A stretch of 64,000 bases of DNA, taken from positions 7,886 through 71,885 of the forward strand of contig CAIKZD010000007.1 in assembly GCA_903831805.1 (NCBI GenBank), read 5' to 3'. The notes under the pieces are model-generated. The model was not told the DNA's origin. It saw nothing but the letters and a program-made list of their open reading frames with translations, and searched no databases. Position 1 is the stretch's first letter. Every line of letters starts with the position of its first letter. Below, in pieces: positions 1 through 9,130 of this stretch. The position numbers were made by a program, and so were the translations under genes. This DNA comes from an uncultured bacterium. GTDB lineage: Bacteria; Patescibacteriota; Minisyncoccia; Moranbacterales; UBA2206.

Positions 1-219
1 TCTTTCGGTGACGGCAATTGGCGAACGCCGACGCAAAAAGAATTGATGCAATCCTATATTGATGGCTCTTGGGGCAATCTTTCTAATGCAGGTAATTTCT
101 TTTGGTCGTCTACTACGTACTCCAATGGTACCCACTACGGCTGGGGCGTCAACTTGTACTACGGCAACACGAACGGCAATAGTAAGACTAATACCTACAA
201 AGTCAGGTGTGTTCGCTAG
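1..219 (+). CDS. 3' end of DGR1 target protein, DUF1566/Lcl-like C-type-lectin-fold domain (5'-truncated by window)
   Basis: Frame 1 reads ...GNWRTPTQKEL...FWSSTTYSNGTHYGWGVNLYYGNTNGNSKTNTYKVRCVR*. WRxPT, WSST and terminal VRCVR are DUF1566-type motifs. Contains VR1. Not in ORF track. Confidence 0.9.
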   Translation, partial: SFGDGNWRTPTQKELMQSYIDGSWGNLSNAGNFFWSSTTYSNGTHYGWGVNLYYGNTNGNSKTNTYKVRCVR

Positions 220-235
220 CCTTTTGGCAACTATT
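88..235 (+). repeat. DGR1 variable region (VR1)
   Basis: 148-bp ungapped match to 996-1143 with 13 mismatches, all at positions that are A in the other copy (7 A>T, 6 A>G). Confidence 0.97.
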
Positions 236-283
236 TGATGATTGGATGATTTGAATTATTTTTTTTATTTAGCTTTTCAGTAT

Positions 284-640
284 ATGGCTCGTTATAACCA
301 TCTTCCTGTTTTCCAGCGGTCTTATGATTTGAATCTGGAAATATATCGCACAACGCATAATTTTCCGAGAGAATATAAATACAGTTTGGGACAAAAACTG
401 AAAGAGATTTCCAATGAACTTTTGGACTGGATTGTGGTGACAAATTCTCAAAAAGACAAAATTCCCTATTTTTCCAAAATGAAAATGCAGATTGAAAGAC
501 TGCGCATCCAGATTAGAGTGGCGTATGATTTGAAAATAATCAAAAGCCAGCGATTGGAATTCTTGAACCGGATAATCGAGGAAATTTCCATGCAAGTTGG
601 TGGCTGGGAAAATTGGGCCAAGGAAAATAAAGAAATCTGA
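284..640 (+). CDS. avd: DGR accessory variability determinant (Avd-like four-helix bundle)
   Basis: MARYNHLPVFQRSYDL...FPREYKYSLGQKL...LRIQIRVAYDLKII...QVGGW. Lies between VR and TR. ATG 284 preferred over TTG 242. Confidence 0.88.
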   Translation: MARYNHLPVFQRSYDLNLEIYRTTHNFPREYKYSLGQKLKEISNELLDWIVVTNSQKDKIPYFSKMKMQIERLRIQIRVAYDLKIIKSQRLEFLNRIIEEISMQVGGWENWAKENKEI

Positions 641-685
641 ATAATTATGGCTTACGCGTTCGCTAATATTTGGTCGCGATGTCTT

Positions 686-724
686 CAAGGTTCAACCTTA
701 GGCATAGCCTAAGGTTGAACCTTG
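686..724. repeat. REP-like palindrome (AAGGTTCAACCTT family)
   Basis: caaggttcaaccttaggc-ata-gcctaaggttgaaccttg, 18-bp perfect stem. Same core as 2625-2676. Confidence 0.85.
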
Positions 725-995
725 GTCCTAGAAGTCCTATGTTGCTTAAAAATTAAAAAAGATTTTGCGAAGCCGGAATTTTTATTTAGATCTCGATATA
801 TCCATCGGGACAAATGAGAAGCGAGCTCAGAATCGTTGCGGTTCCGCCTGCTTGATAACGCAGGGTTTATAAAAGCATATTTGGTAAAAATAAAATATCG
901 AATATGCGCCTTGATTTAGAGCATTTAGTTATTTCGGACTATACTGAACTTCGGTTCGGATTGGTCCGGTTATGGAAAAATGGCGGAATATACCA

Positions 996-1143
996 GCAGG
1001 TAATAACTTTTGGTCGTCTACTACGAACTCCAATGATACCCACAACGGCTGGAACGTCAACTTGAACAACGGCAACACGAACAACAATAATAAGACTAAT
1101 ACCAACAAAGTCAGGTGTGTTCGCTAGCCTTTTGGCAACTATT
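996..1143 (+). ncRNA. DGR1 template region (TR1)
   Basis: AAC/AAT-rich intergenic copy of VR1 lying between avd and RT. Confidence 0.95.
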
Positions 1144-1163
1144 CGCCAGTAATACTGGCTTCG

Positions 1164-2386
<1,223 letters not shown>

Positions 2387-2403
2387 TTTTGTTTTTCTAT
2401 GTT

Positions 2404-2411
2404 ATTATAAT
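2404..2411. promoter_or_regulatory. Overlapping back-to-back TATAAT -10 hexamers between divergent RT1 and RAYT1
   Basis: attataat gives TATAAT on both strands inside an imperfect palindrome tatgttatta/taatagcata. No clear -35. Confidence 0.45.
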
Positions 2412-2440
2412 AGCATAAGCTGTGCCATACTGTCTTCATT

Positions 2441-3118
2441 ATGCGTAAAACCGTCTTTGCCAACGACGAACACTACCACATCTACAACCGCGGCACCGAC
2501 AAACGCGAAGTGTTTGCGGATGAAAAAGATTATCATAAATTTTTATTGTGTCTGGATCTTCTTAATGATGAAGATGCTGGTTTGATGGCCCTATGGAGAG
2601 ATTTGCACAAGAAGACTGCGGCCGGGTTTCCTAAGGTTCAACCTTGGGCTAGCCCAAGGTTGAACCTTAGGAAACCTCTGGTCAGCATTATTGCGTATTG
2701 TTTGAACCCCAATCATTATCATTTTATCTTAAAGCAAAAAGAAGATAGGGGCATAGAAAAATTTATGCAGAAATTAGGTACGAGCTATACGATGTACTTC
2801 AACAAAAAATATTCCCGCTCTGGCGTTTTGTTCCAAGGCAGGTTCAAAGCTATCCACATCACTTCCAATGAATATCTGCTCTATCTTTCCGCTTATGTGA
2901 ATGGCAATAATTTCATACATAAGTATAATAAAGATATGGAAGCTTGGCCGTATGCGAGTTATTTGGATTATGTCGGAAAACGCGATGGAAAATTGTGTGA
3001 TAAAGAAATTATCCTGGGACAATTTGATAACGATTTTTCACAATATACAAAATATATTCGAGACAATGCTCAATACCTGAAAGAAAAAAAAGAGATGGAA
3101 AAATATGCTTTAGAGTAA
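2441..3118 (+). CDS. REP-associated tyrosine transposase (RAYT, Y1 HUH family)
   Basis: YHIYNRG, AYCLNPNHYHFIL (HUH), YFNKKY..SGVLFQGRFKA, WPYASY; REP-like palindromes nearby. Confidence 0.9.
   Translation: MRKTVFANDEHYHIYNRGTDKREVFADEKDYHKFLLCLDLLNDEDAGLMALWRDLHKKTAAGFPKVQPWASPRLNLRKPLVSIIAYCLNPNHYHFILKQKEDRGIEKFMQKLGTSYTMYFNKKYSRSGVLFQGRFKAIHITSNEYLLYLSAYVNGNNFIHKYNKDMEAWPYASYLDYVGKRDGKLCDKEIILGQFDNDFSQYTKYIRDNAQYLKEKKEMEKYALE
2625..2676. repeat. Perfect 52-bp palindrome inside RAYT1 CDS
   Basis: ggtttcctaaggttcaaccttgggct|agcccaaggttgaaccttaggaaacc. Confidence 0.95.
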
Positions 3119-3129
3119 TGCGTGGGAGT

Positions 3130-3172
3130 GCATGGGAGCTCAACTCCCTTTGTGGGAGTTGAGCTCCCATGC
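3130..3172. repeat. REP-like palindrome (GGGAGCTCAACTCCC family)
   Basis: 19-bp stem, 5-nt loop, directly after RAYT1. Further copies at about 3575-3609 (degenerate, in CDS) and 4022-4066. Confidence 0.88.
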
Positions 3173-3193
3173 CTCATGACAAGAGAAATTAAA

Positions 3194-3994
3194 ATGCAAA
3201 AAATAAATTTAATTCTTAGGACTCTGCGTCGAAGCATGAAACAGCTTTTTTGGCAGTTTCCGCGACTATTAGTTTTCGAATTTCGTCGCAATAAAAAATT
3301 CAGACTACGGGTTATGTATGGTATGTTAATCGTGGTATTATTTCTAATAAGCCCGCAAATTTCGTATTGGTACAGGCAATTTAAGCTTCGCACGCATTTC
3401 ACCAAAGAGCAAACTGACATTCTGGCCGTTTCCGAAGAAATAGCCGAGAAAAACATTGATGGGAAATGTAATGAAATAAGAAAAGGCGCTGACAGGATGT
3501 ATGGCATGCAGGAAATCGCCAGCGCGGTCTTGGGCGCTTCCGGAGAAAAAATAACCTTGGTAGGCAAAGATAATGAGAGTCCAGCTCCCATAAGGGGAGT
3601 TGAACTCCCGACAGATAAGACAGATTCAATCGCAATGGACATTTCAGGAAAAAATGTTGAGTTGCTTTGTTTTAACTTCACAAAAAGAATAGTCAGTAGG
3701 GGCGAAGGAAATTTGGAAATCGGAAATAGTGAATTTGTGGGCATCGACGGGAATTCCTTGACGTTGTCCGGTGGCAAAGGAAAAATTTATCAAAACATCA
3801 TTGAAGGTTCAGGAAAAGCTGGAATTTTTGCGGACTCCGGTCAATGGGAAATTTCCGGAAACATAATCAAAAATAATTTAAGTTACGGTGTGTATGGCGG
3901 CTATGGCGCTAGTTTGAAATTAAAAGAAAATTTTATATCGGGTAACGGAGGATATCAAGTGAGAATGATGGACAAAAGAGAGGTGTATAGATAA
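3194..3994 (+). CDS. Membrane-anchored protein with right-handed beta-helix (NosD-like) C-terminus
   Basis: One TM segment, then NxIxxN/GI repeats. Track start 3122 overlaps a REP, so ATG 3194 is more likely. Confidence 0.6.
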   Translation: MQKINLILRTLRRSMKQLFWQFPRLLVFEFRRNKKFRLRVMYGMLIVVLFLISPQISYWYRQFKLRTHFTKEQTDILAVSEEIAEKNIDGKCNEIRKGADRMYGMQEIASAVLGASGEKITLVGKDNESPAPIRGVELPTDKTDSIAMDISGKNVELLCFNFTKRIVSRGEGNLEIGNSEFVGIDGNSLTLSGGKGKIYQNIIEGSGKAGIFADSGQWEISGNIIKNNLSYGVYGGYGASLKLKENFISGNGGYQVRMMDKREVYR

Positions 3995-4021
3995 TACCGA
4001 ATTAACTAAAGCAGTGTTACT

Positions 4022-4066
4022 TTATTGGGAGCTCAACTCCCATAAGGGGAGTTGAGCTCCCAATAA
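4022..4066. repeat. REP-like palindrome (GGGAGCTCAACTCCC family)
   Basis: ttattgggagctcaactccc-ataag-gggagttgagctcccaataa, 20-bp stem. Confidence 0.9.
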
Positions 4067-4070
4067 CCAG

Positions 4071-5519
4071 ATGAAAAAAATACTAAACATATTTATTTTA
4101 ATTTTTTTTCTGACTTTCTTTTCAGCGAAGGTGGTTTCCGCTTCCAATGCTGGTAATTCTTTAGGCTGGGCTTGGGCGGAAAAATTCGGCTGGTTGCATT
4201 TTTCCGGAGAAAACGCGCCGGTCAGTTATGGTGTGAAAATATCCAGTGATCAGGTCACGGGATATGGCTGGAGCGAGGAAACGGGATGGGTGTCATTCAA
4301 TTGTTTGAATAATTTTTCTTGTGAGGGCCATCCGTATGGCATTGTTTCTGACGGCGTGGGCAATCTTTCAGGCTTTGCTTGGAGTGAAAAAGCTGGGTGG
4401 ATAAACTTTTCCAGCATTGGCAATGTCGATTATCAAGTAGCAGTCGATGCATCCGGCAATTTTTCCGGCTACGCTTGGAGCGAAAAATTGGGTTGGATAA
4501 ACGCAAGTAATGTCGGCAATAATTATGGAGTAACAACAGGAGCTCAGGTGGCTTATTGCCAAAATTGCGATCCATGCAATCCGCCTGTTTTGTATTGGCC
4601 GATGAACGAGGGTAGTGGCGTGACCAGTCACGATGAAAGTTCTCGCGGAGCTGTCAGCCGGAGCGATGGGACAATTGCCGGCGCGGCATGGATGGCCGGC
4701 GCTAATTGCGCGGCTGGAAGTTGTCTCGATTTCAACGGCAGTGGACAGATGATCAGTCGGACTTATGACACGGATCTTAATTTTAAAACTAAGGGATTTT
4801 CCGTCGGTGTATGGTTTCGCTCTGGTACCGTTTCAGCCTCGGAAGTCCTAGCATCACGCTATGATTCTTCCGGCTGGAAAGTGTGGATGAATAGTGGTGG
4901 CAATGTTTGTTTCGGACTGGATGACACGAGCAATTTTGGAAACTTTGCTCCCAAAGATTCTGCTTGCACAACAGGAGTCAATTATGGTGACAGCCAATGG
5001 CACTATGTTTTGGCGGAAAAAAATGTAACGACAGGTCTGCAAATATATCTGGATGGAACATTGAAAGCTTCAAAAATTAATCCGTCCTCTGTCGGTTCGC
5101 TTTCCGGATCAAATCCGACATTATATTTAGGCCTTGATTTTGATGGTGCCAGCAATCGATTCACCGGACGATTGGATGAGTTTAAGATCTATGATTATCC
5201 GAGAAGTTCGAAACAAATCCAAACCGATTATAACGCTGGAAAATCCGGAGTCAGCTCTTTGCGGGGAGTCAATGAAAATTTAGGTGGCCAAGCCACCATC
5301 ACGGTGCCGCCCATCGCCAGTTATGATTTCAATGAAGGCTATGGCTCAATCGCGCACAACAGCGGCTCGGGCGGGGCGGCTTTGAATGGGGCTTTGAACT
5401 CCGGCGGTTCGGGCACCAACGCCACTGCCACAGCCATGTGGGATAAAAGTGGGAAATTCGGGGGAGGGATGGAGTTTGATGGGGACGATTATGTCAGCCT
5501 GCCGGATTTTTCATATTAA
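4071..5519 (+). CDS. Secreted LamG/concanavalin-like domain protein with four GxAWSExxGWxxF repeats
   Basis: Signal peptide; YWPMNEGSG, LDFNG, WHYV, FTGRLDEFKIY; ends in the first half of another LamG domain. Confidence 0.85.
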   Translation: MKKILNIFILIFFLTFFSAKVVSASNAGNSLGWAWAEKFGWLHFSGENAPVSYGVKISSDQVTGYGWSEETGWVSFNCLNNFSCEGHPYGIVSDGVGNLSGFAWSEKAGWINFSSIGNVDYQVAVDASGNFSGYAWSEKLGWINASNVGNNYGVTTGAQVAYCQNCDPCNPPVLYWPMNEGSGVTSHDESSRGAVSRSDGTIAGAAWMAGANCAAGSCLDFNGSGQMISRTYDTDLNFKTKGFSVGVWFRSGTVSASEVLASRYDSSGWKVWMNSGGNVCFGLDDTSNFGNFAPKDSACTTGVNYGDSQWHYVLAEKNVTTGLQIYLDGTLKASKINPSSVGSLSGSNPTLYLGLDFDGASNRFTGRLDEFKIYDYPRSSKQIQTDYNAGKSGVSSLRGVNENLGGQATITVPPIASYDFNEGYGSIAHNSGSGGAALNGALNSGGSGTNATATAMWDKSGKFGGGMEFDGDDYVSLPDFSY

Positions 5520-5542
5520 TAACCGGATAAAACTCACCTATT

Positions 5543-5989
5543 ATGAAAATTTATAAAACAAAAATAAAATCATTTCCAGGTATGCGTTATGGAGATATCA
5601 GTCCGGCGGCTTTCCGTTTGTATAATCAAATAAAAAAAAGATCCAAAAGGCGGCCTTACGTACGTTCTTGGTATTTTAAGAAAGAAAAAGTTTTCTTGGA
5701 ATTATTTTGGAAACATCTGACGGACAAGAAAAATTTCAAGGACAAGACGCGTCGCGTTAAATATTTTGCTTGCGCCATTGAACTTATTGAGAAATCGCAT
5801 TTTGCCCCAATATCGAAAAAGAATCCGAATAATTTTTCAGAGACACTTCATCGTTTTTATGGAGTAACGGCGGACAATGAGCTATTTTGTGTGCAGATAA
5901 AAGAGGATATAAAGGGAGGAAAAATAAAAAGTCAGAAATTTTTGATGTCGACTTTTCCGACAAAGGGACTGTCAAAAGATGAAGAGTAA
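5543..5989 (+). CDS. Hypothetical basic protein
   Basis: 148-aa Lys/Arg-rich ORF, lower GC than neighbours. Confidence 0.7.
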   Translation: MKIYKTKIKSFPGMRYGDISPAAFRLYNQIKKRSKRRPYVRSWYFKKEKVFLELFWKHLTDKKNFKDKTRRVKYFACAIELIEKSHFAPISKKNPNNFSETLHRFYGVTADNELFCVQIKEDIKGGKIKSQKFLMSTFPTKGLSKDEE

Positions 5990-6087
5990 ATAGAATTTCT
6001 AAAACAAAAAGACCTTCTGCCAAATTGTAGTGTATAAACTACGGCTGAAAGTCTTCTATGACCTAATACTATCATATAACAAATTTT

Positions 6088-7911
6088 ATGTCAATATGCT
6101 TTGTGAGCAAAACTAGATTATTAATATTTTTCCTGGCCGCGGCTGGACTTTTGGGTGTGTGCAGCCAGGCGCAGGCGGTCAACACTTCCATTTTTTCCGT
6201 CTCCGTCTGGGTGAATCCTGCCACCTCAGTCGCTTCCAAAGCCATTATGGGCAAAGCCGAAGAGATGCGTGTGGCGACCGACGCCACCGGTCATCCGCTT
6301 TGCCAGATCAAGGCCGCTAGCTGGCAAGCGGCCGCTGTTTCGACTTCAGCTATCGCGATCAACCAATGGTCGCACATCGCCTGCACCTATGATCTCATAA
6401 CTTTTAAAATTTATATCAATGGCGTTTTGCAAGGCGCGCAGCCGCTCGTCTCCGTGGCGGACGACACGGCCTCTGCTTGGCAACTTGGTCGTGACACCAG
6501 TGCCAGTTCGCCTTACGGATATTTCACCGGTCTCATTGATGATTATAAATTTTATACCTACGCCCTCTCACTTGATCAAATTAAGCTTCTCTACAATCGC
6601 AACGCGGCCATGACGCTGGGGAGTGATCCCTCCAGGAACAGCAACGGCACGACGGTCACCGGCGCGGCCAAAGACTATTGCATTCCGGGAGACACGGCGC
6701 AGTGTGACAAGCCCGTGGGGGAATGGAAGATGGATGAGAAAGTGGCGGGTGACGCCAAAACTCTTTATGACACGAGTGGTAATGGCAACAACGGTACGAC
6801 ACATTGGGGGGCGAATGCCAGTGGCATGGATTGCACCGTGCCGGGAAAATATGGTTCGGGTTGTGGGTTTGATGGGGTGGATGATTATGTGGATTGTGGA
6901 AATTCAAGCCAGCTCGGAATGAGTGATGATATGACAATGTCGGCCTGGGTATACCCGACTAATTTGGATAGTGGCAGAAGGGGTGTTGTTATGCAAAGAA
7001 GACAAGGCTATAGTCTTATTCTGATAAGCGGTGACGGAAACTCTGCATATTTAGCTTACGAAGGGATGAATGAGGCATCTTCTTGGACTAATAATTTTTT
7101 CACATCTACTCGTGTGATAAATAAAAACACTTGGTCATTTATTACCCTATCATTCAGAAAAGATGGTTTGGCAGAACTTTTTGTAAACGGAAATATCGTA
7201 GCTACAAAAACAATGGTTGGCGGACACTCTCCTAATGTCCCAGAGGGTTTTTTAATAGGATATGATTCTGCTGGTGGTTGGGGCACGCCACCATATTTTT
7301 CCGGCAAAATCGATGACGTCCGCATCTTCAACTACGCCCGCACGCCCGCGCAAATCGCGTGGGACTTCAACCGCGGCAAGCCGGTGGCGGAGTGGAGATT
7401 TGATGAAGGGAGCGGCCCGACCGTGCATGACGAGGGGGTGAGTCTCAACAATGGCACCATCACCGGCGCCACTTGGCAACCTGCCAGCCAGTGCAAGGTG
7501 GGGAAGTGTTTGAGTTTTGACGGCGCGAATAATTATGTTGGAATCAGTACGGCCATTACCGGAATAAATGCCGTTTCACTTTGGATAAAACCCAATAGCA
7601 CTACGCAATCAATTCTCGACCTCGATGGGGGATCGCATAAAATTTCCATCAGTGGCGGCGCAGTCACGGCTACCGGTTTCACTTCATATTATGTCGACGG
7701 AAACTTAAATGGCACAATCGCAGACACTGCTTGGCACCATATTGTGGCCATAACCGGCACCACCTTCAATTCAACTAGCAGTTTCTATCTAGGCCGAATC
7801 GGCAGCACATATTTTGCGGGAAAAATAGATGATGTAAAAGTTTTCAGCTACCCCCTGAACGCCGACCAAGTCAAAACGGATTATAATGGCGGCGCGGCAG
7901 TGGGATTCTGA
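6088..7911 (+). CDS. Secreted multi-LamG domain protein
   Basis: Signal peptide; repeated W.hDE, FDG.DDYV and F.G.IDDV.IY motifs. Confidence 0.88.
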   Translation: MSICFVSKTRLLIFFLAAAGLLGVCSQAQAVNTSIFSVSVWVNPATSVASKAIMGKAEEMRVATDATGHPLCQIKAASWQAAAVSTSAIAINQWSHIACTYDLITFKIYINGVLQGAQPLVSVADDTASAWQLGRDTSASSPYGYFTGLIDDYKFYTYALSLDQIKLLYNRNAAMTLGSDPSRNSNGTTVTGAAKDYCIPGDTAQCDKPVGEWKMDEKVAGDAKTLYDTSGNGNNGTTHWGANASGMDCTVPGKYGSGCGFDGVDDYVDCGNSSQLGMSDDMTMSAWVYPTNLDSGRRGVVMQRRQGYSLILISGDGNSAYLAYEGMNEASSWTNNFFTSTRVINKNTWSFITLSFRKDGLAELFVNGNIVATKTMVGGHSPNVPEGFLIGYDSAGGWGTPPYFSGKIDDVRIFNYARTPAQIAWDFNRGKPVAEWRFDEGSGPTVHDEGVSLNNGTITGATWQPASQCKVGKCLSFDGANNYVGISTAITGINAVSLWIKPNSTTQSILDLDGGSHKISISGGAVTATGFTSYYVDGNLNGTIADTAWHHIVAITGTTFNSTSSFYLGRIGSTYFAGKIDDVKVFSYPLNADQVKTDYNGGAAVGF

Positions 7912-8028
7912 AATAATTTTATAATTTTTAATTTTATAATTTTTAAATAATGCTCGAATTTCTAATTTTTAAAAATTTGAAAATTTAGATTTATTTATAA
8001 AATTATAAAATTACAAAATTAAAAATTG
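7912..8028. repeat. AT-rich 7/8-mer inverted-repeat hairpin element
   Basis: (aattttt)-type units facing (aaaatta)-type units; resembles the 23S insertion at 19508-19621. Confidence 0.7.
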
Positions 8029-8077
8029 ATTTGTTTTTGTGTTATAATTAACCAGTATAATATTTAAAGTTATTCTT

Positions 8078-8641
8078 ATGGAAATTTTGAAAAGAATCGC
8101 CCGCGCCTGGAGGCTGATCTTGTTCATTATTGTGGTCATCGCTTTGGCCGCTGGCATAATCTGGGGCATTTTTTGGGGGGTGAATAAAATTTTCTTCCAT
8201 GGCAAATTATGGAGCGGGGGCGAGGTCAAAACTTATCAAGTCTTGGTTTCCATTCGCGACAACACCATGCCGGATCCGATTGAGGATAAAAAAAGTTCCA
8301 TCAAAAAAGGTTATGTGGTTGGTTTGTATGACGAAAATCATGAGTGGTCCGACACCGAAAAAGTCAGTTTTTTGATTTTGAAAATGAAACTGAACGACAC
8401 GGAGGCTTCGGAACTGACGCAACCGGTGCAAAAAGACATAGATCTGAAAACTTTGCCCAAAGATCAGCAGCAAGCTATAAAAGAAGAAAAAAATCCTCAG
8501 GCACAAAAAGAAACCATCGCCGCGCGAGCGTGGAAAATCAATCTGGACAAAATCGGCTTCTCCGACCCCAATTCGCTCCTCACCGGCCAACCGTATCTGG
8601 ACAAGGTTTTTGGGTGGGAAATCGTTGAGAAAATTAAATAA
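8078..8641 (+). CDS. Hypothetical single-TM protein
   Basis: 187-aa ORF with N-terminal hydrophobic helix. Confidence 0.75.
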   Translation: MEILKRIARAWRLILFIIVVIALAAGIIWGIFWGVNKIFFHGKLWSGGEVKTYQVLVSIRDNTMPDPIEDKKSSIKKGYVVGLYDENHEWSDTEKVSFLILKMKLNDTEASELTQPVQKDIDLKTLPKDQQQAIKEEKNPQAQKETIAARAWKINLDKIGFSDPNSLLTGQPYLDKVFGWEIVEKIK

Positions 8642-8648
8642 TCATAAA

Positions 8649-9056
8649 ATGTCAAAATCCCAATTTCCAATGTCAAATAAAATCCAAAATCCTAAAAAAT
8701 ATGATTTAATCGAAAGAACTTCTGTATTTGGAGAAAATATGATTGATTTTTTAAAAACTATCCGAAAGGATGAAATAACCAAGCCACTCGTCAATCAATG
8801 TATCAGAAGTGCCACTAGCATCGGGGCTAACTACATGGAAGCGGATTGTGCTGAGTCAAAAAAAGATTTCAGACATAAGATTGGGATATGCAAGAAAGAA
8901 TCAAAAGAAACTATGCATTGGATGAGAATGATTGCCAGAGCCACTGACGCAAAAGAAAATTGTAGAATACTGTGGAAAGAATCTCAAGAGCTAACCTGGA
9001 TATTTTCAGCCATAATCAATAAAACAGATAAAAATAACGAAATATCAAAATTATAA
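8649..9056 (+). CDS. Four-helix bundle protein (23S rRNA IVP/S23-like family)
   Basis: YDLIERT..F, NQCIRSATSIGANYMEA, SKKDFRHKIGICKKESKET.HW; flanked by inverted 7-mer repeats. Confidence 0.9.
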   Translation: MSKSQFPMSNKIQNPKKYDLIERTSVFGENMIDFLKTIRKDEITKPLVNQCIRSATSIGANYMEADCAESKKDFRHKIGICKKESKETMHWMRMIARATDAKENCRILWKESQELTWIFSAIINKTDKNNEISKL

Positions 9057-9130
9057 GCCCCTTTTTTAATTTGTCATTTGGATTTTTAACATTTATTTGA
9101 CATTGGAAATTGGGATTTTAGATTTATAAA

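Noticed and set aside
236-283. GC-rich hairpin expected downstream of VR1/IMH
   Set aside because: Only AT-rich tgatgattggatgatttg sequence is present; no convincing stem.
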